20,920 nt of DNA, taken from contig JANLPS010000185.1 of assembly GCA_031367385.1 (NCBI GenBank), forward strand, positions 1-20,920, read 5' to 3'. This document shows, one piece after another, positions 8,568-16,005 of the stretch (position 1 is the stretch's first letter; each line of letters opens with the position of its first letter). The notes below the pieces were generated by a model. That model made no database searches and was not told where the DNA came from. It worked only from the letters and a program-made list of their open reading frames with translations. The position numbers and the translations under genes were made by a program. Origin of the DNA: Archangium sp. (GTDB lineage: Bacteria > Myxococcota > Myxococcia > Myxococcales > Myxococcaceae).

Positions 8568-9130
8568 AGCTCAGCTCGCAGCCCGGCGTCTTTGAGCACG
8601 CCTTCGTACGCCTCGGTGTGGGTAACGGCCTGGTGCTGCTCGCCTCCGCGCAAGCGCAGACAGGTCTGCTCGGCCTCGATCACGCAGGCCGCGCCCTGGC
8701 TCTTGAGGTGCGTTGACAGTGCCGTCGCGACGTTGCGGGCGAGCTCTTCTTGCAGCACCAGCCGATGCGCGAACGCGTCGAGCAAGGCGCCGATGCGGCC
8801 GAAGCCGACCACGCTCTTGCCCGGCACGTACGCGATGTGCGCCTTGCCCGAGTACGGCATCAGGTGGTGGGGGCACATCGATCGAAAATGCAGGTTGGTG
8901 ATGACGACCAGCTCGCGGTCACTGCGCTTGCTGACGGGGAACTGTTCGCCGAGCACCTCGGCGGGGTCGAGGCCGTAGCCATTGAGAAACTCGTCGGCGA
9001 AAGCTTCGGCGACCCGGCGCGGCGTGTCTTGGAGGTTCTCGTCATTCGCGTCGAGCCCAGCCGAAGCCAAGAAGCGGCCAATGTGCTTGGCCATCATCTT
9101 CACCCGGGGCTTGGCAGGCGCGCGCTTCAT
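8549..9130 (-). CDS. folE: GTP cyclohydrolase I (FolE family), divergent active-site motifs
   Basis: DTPRRVA, SMCPHHLMP, HIAYVP, LQEEL and EAEQTCLRLRG. ATG 9130 overlaps the queD stop (ATGA). Confidence 0.85.
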   Translation of the reverse strand: MKRAPAKPRVKMMAKHIGRFLASAGLDANDENLQDTPRRVAEAFADEFLNGYGLDPAEVLGEQFPVSKRSDRELVVITNLHFRSMCPHHLMPYSGKAHIAYVPGKSVVGFGRIGALLDAFAHRLVLQEELARNVATALSTHLKSQGAACVIEAEQTCLRLRGGEQHQAVTHTEAYEGVLKDAGLRAELWARIR

Positions 9131-9477
9131 ACGCGATAGGTGACGCAGTACTCCGGCGTCTCCCACAGCTTGATCTCTTTGAGCCCCTCGATGATCGGCG
9201 CGAGGCGCTCCCACATCCACACCACGAGGTTCTCGGCGGTCGGGTTCTCGACGATGTCGTTGAGGTGGTAATGGTCGACCTTCGAGAGCACCTGTTCGCT
9301 GACGGTGCGCTTGATCTCATCGAAGTCGCGAATCATGCCGTCTTTGGGCGAGGGCCTCCCGGCGAGCGTGACCTGCAGCACGTAGTTGTGACCATGCAGC
9401 CGCTTGCACGGCCCGTCGTAAAACGGCAGCAAGTGCGACGCGCTGAAATGAAAATCAATGGACAGCAGCATTTCCAT
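9127..9477 (-). CDS. queD: 6-carboxy-5,6,7,8-tetrahydropterin synthase (QueD / PTPS-I type)
   Basis: FSASH, C-x3-HGHNY (CKRLHGHNY), DHYHLND, NPTAEN and LWETP motifs. Confidence 0.9.
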   Translation of the reverse strand: MEMLLSIDFHFSASHLLPFYDGPCKRLHGHNYVLQVTLAGRPSPKDGMIRDFDEIKRTVSEQVLSKVDHYHLNDIVENPTAENLVVWMWERLAPIIEGLKEIKLWETPEYCVTYRV

Positions 9478-9497
9478 TCGAGCGCCTCTAGCAGGTT

Positions 9498-10244
9498 TTA
9501 GAAAAAGCGAATGGGTTCGGGCCGCTGCAGTTTCTCGACCGGTACATCGACCTCGACCTCATCGGTGGGGATGAAGGCCGGCCGGTCGATGCAGAGAAAG
9601 CTCTGCTCGATGTCGGTCACGTTTTCATAGCGGTGGGCGAAGCCTTTGGGCCACGAATGGGCCAGCCCCGCGGCGACCGGGTGGCCCTGCAGGAGCAGCC
9701 CGTCTCCTAAGACCAGCTCTGACTCGTCGAGATATTGGTGGGAGTGGGTGGGGAGCACGGTCTTGGGGCTGATGCGCTCGCGGTACACGCCGCATTCTTT
9801 GGTCTCGAAGATGATGTCGACCGCGCCGAAGCCCTTGCGCTCGGTGAGCATCTTGAAGTCACCCTGTTCGCGGTGAATCTCGAGGGTGGGCACCGCGGCG
9901 CCCGACAGGGCGACCAGCTTCGAGAGCCGAACGTCGACCTGGGCGATCAGCGGCCGGGGCACGTCGTGGCTGGGAGGTGCCAGAATCCACCCTGCGACCG
10001 CTTCGGCAGCGCTCTCGAGGAGCCGAAAACGCGACGCCGTGAGAATGAACCGCAGCTCACCCAACAGGCGCGAATAGTCGACGGTGTGAATCAATTTGCC
10101 CAGGCGCGCGGCTTCACGGGTGTCGAAGTGGAGCGTGACGTCGAGCTCGACGGGCTGCGGCGTGTTTCGCTCGAAGTCGAAGAGGCCCACGATGCAGTCG
10201 AAGCGCATGCCGCGCAGAGAGAGTCGGTCGAGTTGGTTGGTCAT
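9498..10244 (-). CDS. folB: Dihydroneopterin aldolase (FolB) fused to a C-terminal cupin-like domain
   Basis: N-terminal ~125 aa: VGLFDFER..PQ, TVDY, LLESAAE and catalytic-type K in VRLSK. C-terminal PTHSHQYLDESELVLG and WPKGFAHRYEN resemble the two cupin motifs. Confidence 0.82.
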   Translation of the reverse strand: MTNQLDRLSLRGMRFDCIVGLFDFERNTPQPVELDVTLHFDTREAARLGKLIHTVDYSRLLGELRFILTASRFRLLESAAEAVAGWILAPPSHDVPRPLIAQVDVRLSKLVALSGAAVPTLEIHREQGDFKMLTERKGFGAVDIIFETKECGVYRERISPKTVLPTHSHQYLDESELVLGDGLLLQGHPVAAGLAHSWPKGFAHRYENVTDIEQSFLCIDRPAFIPTDEVEVDVPVEKLQRPEPIRFF

Positions 10245-10957
10245 GCGACGCTGAGGCCTCCGTCGACGCGCAGGGTTTGGCCGGTGATGTAGCCGTGGGT
10301 CGCCAAAAAAACGACCGCTCGTGCGACATCGTCGGGGCGGCCTTCTCGGCCGAGGGGCACGCGCTTCAGAATTTCGGCGCGTTGGGTGTCGGTGGTCTGC
10401 GCGGCCATCGCCACCGGCCCTGGAGCGACTGCGTTGACCCGAATCGACGGGCCCAGCTCGAGGGCCCAGGCGCGGGTGAGCTGATCGAGCGCGGCCTTGC
10501 TGGCGAGGTAATGGGCGAAGAAGTGACTCGAGGTGTAGGCGTGTGTGACGGCCATGTCGGTGATGTTGACGATCGCTCCCTGCTTCGAGGCCTTGAGCTT
10601 GGGCACGAGCGCCTGCGCCAAGAAGAACGGAGCCGCCACGTTCACCGCCACCATTGCGTCGAACTGCGCGCGTGAAATGTCAGTGAAATCAACGTGCTCG
10701 TAAGCGGCCGCGCTGTTGACGAGCAGGTCGAGGGCGGCGACGCGGCTGGCCAGCTTCGCCGGGCCATCGGGCTTCGAGAGATCTTCGCGCTCGACCCGTG
10801 CGGTGCGGCCGAGGGCCTTGAGCTCGGCGGCGAGGGCTTGGGCCTGATCACCTGAGGTGTGGGCGTGAATCACGACCTCGAACCCGGCCTCCGCGAGCGC
10901 GATGGTGATGGCGCGGCCGACTCGAACGGCGCCTCCGGTGATGAGTGCGACGGGCAT
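10241..10957 (-). CDS. Pteridine reductase-like short-chain dehydrogenase (FolM/PTR1 family)
   Basis: TGGAVRVG (Arg-containing Rossmann motif typical of PTR1/FolM), LVNSA, VNITD, YLASK (YxxxK), IRVNAVAPG and ITGQTLRVDGG. ATGA overlap with folB. Confidence 0.85.
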   Translation of the reverse strand: MPVALITGGAVRVGRAITIALAEAGFEVVIHAHTSGDQAQALAAELKALGRTARVEREDLSKPDGPAKLASRVAALDLLVNSAAAYEHVDFTDISRAQFDAMVAVNVAAPFFLAQALVPKLKASKQGAIVNITDMAVTHAYTSSHFFAHYLASKAALDQLTRAWALELGPSIRVNAVAPGPVAMAAQTTDTQRAEILKRVPLGREGRPDDVARAVVFLATHGYITGQTLRVDGGLSVA

Positions 10958-11044
10958 GGCGCACAGACCTAGCCCGGCAGGTGCCCCATGGCCACTGGGA
11001 CGCCGTGCATTCGGCGGTGTCGGCGCTTCTGAGGAGAAGAAGCC

Positions 11045-11605
11045 ATGTCACTCTCGGTCGAGATCACCAGCCCCACAATCGACGTCGCGGCGCTCGAGGC
11101 AGGCCACCAGGCCCCCGACGTGCTGTTTCGCGGCGCGATCGTGAGTCAGGGCTTTCGCAAGCTGCACGTCGCGAAGGCGATGCTGGCGTTCGCGGTCGAC
11201 GAGAGCTGGGCGGGGCGCAGCGGCGAGGCGGTGCTGCGAGACCAGGGCTCGGTGCAAGACCGGGCGGTGTTCAACGGGGCTCTGCAGTATGACTGCCTGT
11301 TGATTCGCGGCGAGGGCAGTGCGCTGACCGCGGTCTACGCCGAGGGCATCGGCGCCGAGCTGAAGGTCGGCTCGCTGTTCACCGGCACTGGCAAGGGGCC
11401 GAGCGGCACGTTGGTGATGATCTACCGGGCTCGGAGGAGGGATTCGGCCGCGGCGATGTTGCTGGCGAGCCGGTGTGCGCCGGGCTCGCTCGTCTTCGGT
11501 GGCGGCGGGGCCAAGCGAAGTGAGGAGGCTTGGGCTGCGCGGGCGCGGGCGATGAGACCCTTCGCGTTCTTGCGCTCGGCCCTGCACTCACTGCCCGGGC
11601 AGTGA
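11045..11605 (+). CDS. Hypothetical protein (186 aa)
   Basis: GAGGAG RBS at 11031-11036 before the ATG; fills the gap between the pterin operon and rarA; no family recognised. Confidence 0.7.
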   Translation: MSLSVEITSPTIDVAALEAGHQAPDVLFRGAIVSQGFRKLHVAKAMLAFAVDESWAGRSGEAVLRDQGSVQDRAVFNGALQYDCLLIRGEGSALTAVYAEGIGAELKVGSLFTGTGKGPSGTLVMIYRARRRDSAAAMLLASRCAPGSLVFGGGGAKRSEEAWAARARAMRPFAFLRSALHSLPGQ

Positions 11606-11653
11606 GTGGCCCAAAGGTGGGCAATCTCGCGCGATTCGAGTACGTGACCGCGC

Positions 11654-12982
11654 GTGGATCTCTTTGATCGCGCTGCACAAAACGACGCTGAAGGCCGCGC
11701 ACCACTGGCTGAGCGGGTCAGGCCGCGCACGCTCGATGAGTACGTCGGGCAGGAGCACTTGACCGGGCCCGGCAAGCTTTTGCGGCGCGCGATTGAATCA
11801 GACCATGTGCCGTCGATGGTGTTCTGGGGGCCTCCGGGCACGGGCAAGACCACGCTGGCGAAGATCATTGCCAACGCGACGGGTGCGCATTTCGAGTCGG
11901 TGTCGGCGGTTCTCGCGGGCGTGAAAGATCTGCGCGAGGCCGTCGCGGGCGCGAACGAGCGGTGGAAGATGAACCGCAAGCGCAGCATCTTGTTCGTCGA
12001 TGAGATTCACCGCTTCAACAAGGCGCAGCAAGACGCGCTGCTGCCGCACGTCGAGAAGGGCACGATTACCTTGCTCGGCGCGACCACCGAGAACCCGTCG
12101 TTCGAGGTGAACGCGGCGCTGCTGTCGCGAATGCGGGTGGTGACGCTGCGCGGCCTCGAAGAAGAAGAGCTGCGAACGGTGATGATGCGGGCGATCGCCG
12201 ACCCGCGCGGGTTCAATGGGGCGTTGAAGATCGATGACGACGCGATGGCCTTCATTTCGAACATCGCGGCGGGTGATGCGCGCAAGGCGCTGACCGCGCT
12301 CGAGGTAGCGGCGCAGTACGTGGGCGATCAGCATGTGACCCGCGTTGCTGCTGAAGAGGCCGTTCAGCAACGCACCCTGCTCTACGACAAGGGCGGCGAG
12401 GAGCACTACAACGTCATTTCGGCCTTCATCAAATCGATGCGCGGCTCAGACCCTGACGGCGCCGTGTATTGGATGGCACGGATGATCGAGGCCGGAGAAG
12501 ACCCGCGCTTCATCGTTCGGCGCATGGTGATTTTCGCGAGTGAAGACGTCGGCAATGCCGACCCGCGGGCGCTGCAGGTGGCGATCTCTGCGTTGCATGC
12601 GGTCGAGCTGGTGGGCTTCCCCGAAGGGACGCTGCCATTGACGCAGGCGGTGACGTATTTGGCGCTCGCTCCGAAGGCGAACACGGCGCTCACCACGTAT
12701 GCGAAGGCCCGTGAGGCCGTGATGCGAGACGGCCCCTTGCCGGTGCCGATGCATCTGAGAAATGCGCCAACGAAGTTGATGAAGTCGCTGGGCTACGCTT
12801 CGGGGTATCAGTACCCGCATGACTACGAGGGTCACTACGTGGTCGAGACGTATCTGCCTGATGGGCTGCGGGGGGCGCGGTTTTATGAGCCTTCGACGCA
12901 GGGTGAAGAGGCGCAGTTGCGCGAGCGCATTGATGAAATTCGCGCGATGCGGGCGCCCAAAGAGCCTGGCGAAGATGGGTAG
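11654..12982 (+). CDS. rarA: Replication-associated recombination protein A (RarA/MgsA AAA+ ATPase)
   Basis: PLAERVRP, GPPGTGKTT, FVDEIHRFNKAQQD, GATTENPSF, HYNVISAFIKSMRGSDPD and HLRNAPT motifs. Confidence 0.96.
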   Translation: MDLFDRAAQNDAEGRAPLAERVRPRTLDEYVGQEHLTGPGKLLRRAIESDHVPSMVFWGPPGTGKTTLAKIIANATGAHFESVSAVLAGVKDLREAVAGANERWKMNRKRSILFVDEIHRFNKAQQDALLPHVEKGTITLLGATTENPSFEVNAALLSRMRVVTLRGLEEEELRTVMMRAIADPRGFNGALKIDDDAMAFISNIAAGDARKALTALEVAAQYVGDQHVTRVAAEEAVQQRTLLYDKGGEEHYNVISAFIKSMRGSDPDGAVYWMARMIEAGEDPRFIVRRMVIFASEDVGNADPRALQVAISALHAVELVGFPEGTLPLTQAVTYLALAPKANTALTTYAKAREAVMRDGPLPVPMHLRNAPTKLMKSLGYASGYQYPHDYEGHYVVETYLPDGLRGARFYEPSTQGEEAQLRERIDEIRAMRAPKEPGEDG

Positions 12983-13009
12983 CGTCACCACCGCTTCGGA
13001 GATGATGCC

Positions 13010-13879
13010 TTGATACGCGCGTTGAAACCGGGCGACGAAGGGCGCCTCGACCAGTTTCTTCGCCGACACGCCGACTCCTCGCTGTTCCTCCGCTCGAATG
13101 CGCTCAACGGCGGCCTTCGTGATGAAGGGCGCAGACTGCAGGCCACCTATGTCGCAGAGGTCGCCGACGAAGAGGTCATTGCGGTCGTTGCACACGGGTG
13201 GAATGGCAACCTCCTGCTCCAGGCACCTGTGAACACCGGCGAGCTGTGCCGCCGGGCCGCCGCCATCACCGGCAGGCCGGTCGCAGGGCTCATCGGCCCG
13301 TGGGATCAGGTGCTGCTCGCCCTGCAGGAGCTCGGGCTTGCCGCGGCCGAGATGTCACTGCGGAGCCGTGAGGATTTGTTCGCGGTTGACCTGAACTTGA
13401 TGCGGGTGCCGGAGCGGCTGACCCAGGGGTCGCTCATTTGCCGCCCAGCCTCAGCAGGTCACGGCGACGTGCTGGCCGAATGGCGGAGGGCATACCGAGT
13501 TGAGGCGCTCGGCGAGGTCGACCGCCCAGAGTTGCTGGTCACCAGCCGCGAAGACATCATTCGAGGCCAGTCGAGTGGCGACCTGTTCGTGCTCGAAGAC
13601 GCGGGCCAACCCGTGGCGACCTGCGCCTTCAACGCCCGCCACCCAGCGTGCGTGCAAATCGGCGGGGTGTGGGCGCCGCCGGAGATGAGGCGTCGCGGGT
13701 ATGGGCGAGCCGTCGTTGCGGGGGCACTCGTGGTGGCGCGTACTGAGGGCGTGGCTCGCTCGGTTCTCTTCACCGACGAAGAGAACGTGGCGGCCCGAAC
13801 TGCGTACCTGTCGCTTGGCTATCAACGGGTCGGCGACTATGGGCTCGTGTTGTTTCGAGAGGGCCAACAACCGCGGTGA
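13010..13879 (+). CDS. GNAT family N-acetyltransferase (C-terminal GNAT domain)
   Basis: VQIGGVWAPPEMRRRGYG (acetyl-CoA motif A) and N-x-AA-x2-Y-x2-LGY. TTG start preceded by GGAG. Confidence 0.85.
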   Translation: MIRALKPGDEGRLDQFLRRHADSSLFLRSNALNGGLRDEGRRLQATYVAEVADEEVIAVVAHGWNGNLLLQAPVNTGELCRRAAAITGRPVAGLIGPWDQVLLALQELGLAAAEMSLRSREDLFAVDLNLMRVPERLTQGSLICRPASAGHGDVLAEWRRAYRVEALGEVDRPELLVTSREDIIRGQSSGDLFVLEDAGQPVATCAFNARHPACVQIGGVWAPPEMRRRGYGRAVVAGALVVARTEGVARSVLFTDEENVAARTAYLSLGYQRVGDYGLVLFREGQQPR

Positions 13880-13906
13880 GGGTGGTCTTGTGGCGCCAGC
13901 GGTGGG

Positions 13907-14329
13907 TCAGGCGGGCTCCCAGCCGCCGCCCTGGGCGCGCTGGCGACAGCCTGGTTTGAGCTCGCTTCGCGCGTCGTCGGTGAGCAGCTCGCACGGGTTG
14001 AACCAGTGTTCTTTGCGCCATGACATCGTCATCGCGGGGAGCTCACCCGAGAAGTCTGCGTTGTCGGGGCAGCGCCATTTCCAGAGTGCCCAGCGCTCGG
14101 GGGCCGCGTCGAACCAGAGCACTTCTTTGATGCCCGCGTTGCAGTTGGTGGCGATGACCACGACGGGGCCGGGCAGGCCTTCGGGTTGACGCACGCGGAG
14201 GACGAGGTCGTGGTGGAATTCGCCCTGCTGCCAGTGCTCGAGCACGTCGTACGGGCCGAAGGTGCTCGACAGGGTGTCGAGAAACGGGCCGAGGCCGGAG
14301 GGTTCTTGCAAGGCCGAGAGCGTCTGCAT
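13907..14329 (-). CDS. Hypothetical protein (140 aa, His/Cys/Trp-rich motifs)
   Basis: Protein-like composition and GC-rich third positions; convergent with the GNAT gene; no family recognised. Confidence 0.7.
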   Translation of the reverse strand: MQTLSALQEPSGLGPFLDTLSSTFGPYDVLEHWQQGEFHHDLVLRVRQPEGLPGPVVVIATNCNAGIKEVLWFDAAPERWALWKWRCPDNADFSGELPAMTMSWRKEHWFNPCELLTDDARSELKPGCRQRAQGGGWEPA

Positions 14330-14366
14330 TGGCGGAGCGTAGGGCCTGGCGGGGGGCCGTGGCGAA

Positions 14367-14411
14367 TCGTGGGTCGTGGTTCGTGGTTCGTGGTTCGTGG
14401 TTCGTGGTTCG
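14367..14411. repeat. Tandem 7-bp repeat (TCGTGGT)n, 6 units plus a partial
   Basis: TCGTGGG at 14367, then five exact TCGTGGT units (14374-14408) and TCG. Confidence 0.95.
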
Positions 14412-14426
14412 ACAGGCTCACCATGA
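14405..14426. repeat. REP-like short imperfect palindrome TGGTTCGACAGGCTCACCATGA
   Basis: TGGT...ACCA arms around TCGACAGGCTC. Resembles, from recall, a dispersed intergenic repeat (GTGAGCCTGTCGAACCA on the minus strand); single copy in this window. Confidence 0.5.
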
Positions 14427-14433
14427 GAGTGGG

Positions 14434-14457
14434 GCTACGTGGTTACGTGGCTACGTG
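14434..14457. repeat. Tandem 8-bp repeat G(C/T)TACGTG x3
   Basis: GCTACGTG-GTTACGTG-GCTACGTG, flanked by the inverted repeat GTGGGGC (14429-14435) / GCCCCAC (14466-14472). Confidence 0.85.
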
Positions 14458-14502
14458 GAGCGGTGGCCCCACGTGCCCACCCCAGTGAACACCTCTGACG
14501 CT

Positions 14503-16005
14503 CTAGGTTTCGGCGTTGGCGTCGTCGAACTCGAGGTCGTCGTTGGCGTCGTCGATCGCCGGGTTGTACCCCGGGTCGCCTGGGCGCTTCATGGTGCGAC
14601 CGCCAACTTCGTATTGCTTGAGCAGCCGCCGAAAGTTCGAGCGATCGACGCCTGCCGCCCGGGCTGCACTCGACACGTTGCCGATCGACTTCTCGAGCAG
14701 GGCCGACAGGTACCGACGCTCGAAGGCACGCATGGCCAGCTTCTTCGCCTGCGCGTACGGCAAGTGCGCAAGGCTGAAGACCTCGACTTCTCCCCCGCCG
14801 CGTTGGTTGTTGCGAATTTCGGGTGGCAGATCTTCGAAGTCGATGGTCTCACTCGCGGTGAGCACGACCGCTCGTTCAATGCAGTTCTCGAGCTCGCGCA
14901 CGTTGCCGACCCAGCGCGCCGTGGTCAGCGCCTCCATCGCAGAAGGCGTGATCGTCAGCACCTTCTTGCCGATCTTCTGAGCGTAGATTTTCAAGAAGTG
15001 GTGCGACAGCAGGGGGATGTCTTCTGGCCGGTCGCGCAGCGGCGGCAGCTGCACCGTGATCACGTTGAGCCGGTAGAACAGGTCTTCGCGAAACTTGCCC
15101 TGCTCCTTGGCGCGGGTCAGGTCGACGTTGGTCGCGGTGATCACCCGCACATCGACCTTCAGGGTCTCATTCGCACCGACCCGCTTGACCTCGCCCTCCT
15201 GCAGCACGCGCAGCAACCGCACCTGCGTCGCCTGGGGAATGTCGCCGATCTCATCGAGAAAAATCGTGCCGCCGTCAGCCGCCTCGAACAGGCCCTTCTT
15301 GTTGCCCGTCGCGCCGGTGAAGCTGCCCTTCATGTGCCCGAACAGCTCGCTCTCGAGCAAGGTGTCGGTGAGCGCCGAGCAGTTGACCGCCACGAACGGC
15401 TTGTCTTTGCGCGGGCTGCGGTAGTGAATGGCGCGCGCGACGAGCTCTTTGCCGGTGCCGCTCTCGCCCTGAATCAGCACGGTCGCGGTCGAGTAGCTCA
15501 CCGTTTCGACCAACTTGAACACCGAGCGCATCTGCTGCGATTGGCCGACCAGATCTTCGAACTGGTCGCGCGCCGACAGCGCCTCTTCGAGCACCCGGGT
15601 GCGGTCGCGCATCGACTTCTTCTCGGCCGCGCGGGCCACCGCGAGCGAGAGCACATCGATGTTCTCGAAGGGTTTGGTCAGGTAGTCGTACGCACCCGCC
15701 TTGACCGCCTCGACGGCCGTCTCGACCGTGGCGAACGCGGTCATCATGATCACCTCGACGTCGGCGCGGGTTTGCTTGAAGGCCTTGAGCAGATCCATCC
15801 CCGAGAGGTTGGGCATCTTGATGTCGAGCACGGCAACGTCGAATGACGGGTCTTTGACCGCCGAGAGCCCTTCGACCGCGTCATCAATGGCGACGACGCT
15901 GTACCCCTCGCGTTGCAGAATCTCAGAAGCGGCGCGAAGCACGATCTTGTCGTCATCGACGATCAGAATCTTCGCCTTCTTGGTGGTGGTCGGAACGGGG
16001 CTCAT
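14503..16005 (-). CDS. hsfA: Sigma54-dependent enhancer-binding response regulator (REC-AAA+-HTH, NtrC family), probable HsfA orthologue
   Basis: REC (LIVDDD, LDIKMP, YLTKP), GESGTGKE, ESELFGH, GSFTGA, FLDEIG, FREDLFYRL, WVGNVRELEN and a Fis-type HTH NVSSAARAAGVDRSNF. The hsfA name rests on recalled similarity and synteny with Myxococcus xanthus hsfBA and is less certain than the family call. Confidence 0.9.
   Translation of the reverse strand: MSPVPTTTKKAKILIVDDDKIVLRAASEILQREGYSVVAIDDAVEGLSAVKDPSFDVAVLDIKMPNLSGMDLLKAFKQTRADVEVIMMTAFATVETAVEAVKAGAYDYLTKPFENIDVLSLAVARAAEKKSMRDRTRVLEEALSARDQFEDLVGQSQQMRSVFKLVETVSYSTATVLIQGESGTGKELVARAIHYRSPRKDKPFVAVNCSALTDTLLESELFGHMKGSFTGATGNKKGLFEAADGGTIFLDEIGDIPQATQVRLLRVLQEGEVKRVGANETLKVDVRVITATNVDLTRAKEQGKFREDLFYRLNVITVQLPPLRDRPEDIPLLSHHFLKIYAQKIGKKVLTITPSAMEALTTARWVGNVRELENCIERAVVLTASETIDFEDLPPEIRNNQRGGGEVEVFSLAHLPYAQAKKLAMRAFERRYLSALLEKSIGNVSSAARAAGVDRSNFRRLLKQYEVGGRTMKRPGDPGYNPAIDDANDDLEFDDANAET

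Noticed and set aside
7233..8978. 581-aa plus-strand ORF
   Set aside because: Antisense shadow of the GlcD-like and folE genes, typical of high-GC codon bias; no motifs.
9131..9220. Longer folE start at 9220
   Set aside because: It lies inside queD; the ATGA coupling at 9127-9130 is the more plausible start.
12600..13879. Apparent rise in T-ending codons in the rarA 3' end and GNAT gene, suggesting recent acquisition
   Set aside because: Impression only and not quantified; no integrase, tRNA or flanking direct repeats seen.
14367..14475. Possible CRISPR array
   Set aside because: Units are 7-8 bp and directly adjacent, with no unique spacers and no cas genes.
15313..15330. GSFTGA instead of GAFTGA in the activator
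   Set aside because: A common functional variant of the sigma54-contact loop, not evidence of sigma54 independence.
14329..15846. 505-aa plus-strand ORF including translated repeat (RGSWFVV)n
   Set aside because: Antisense to the sigma54 activator; its N-terminus is just the heptamer repeat read through.
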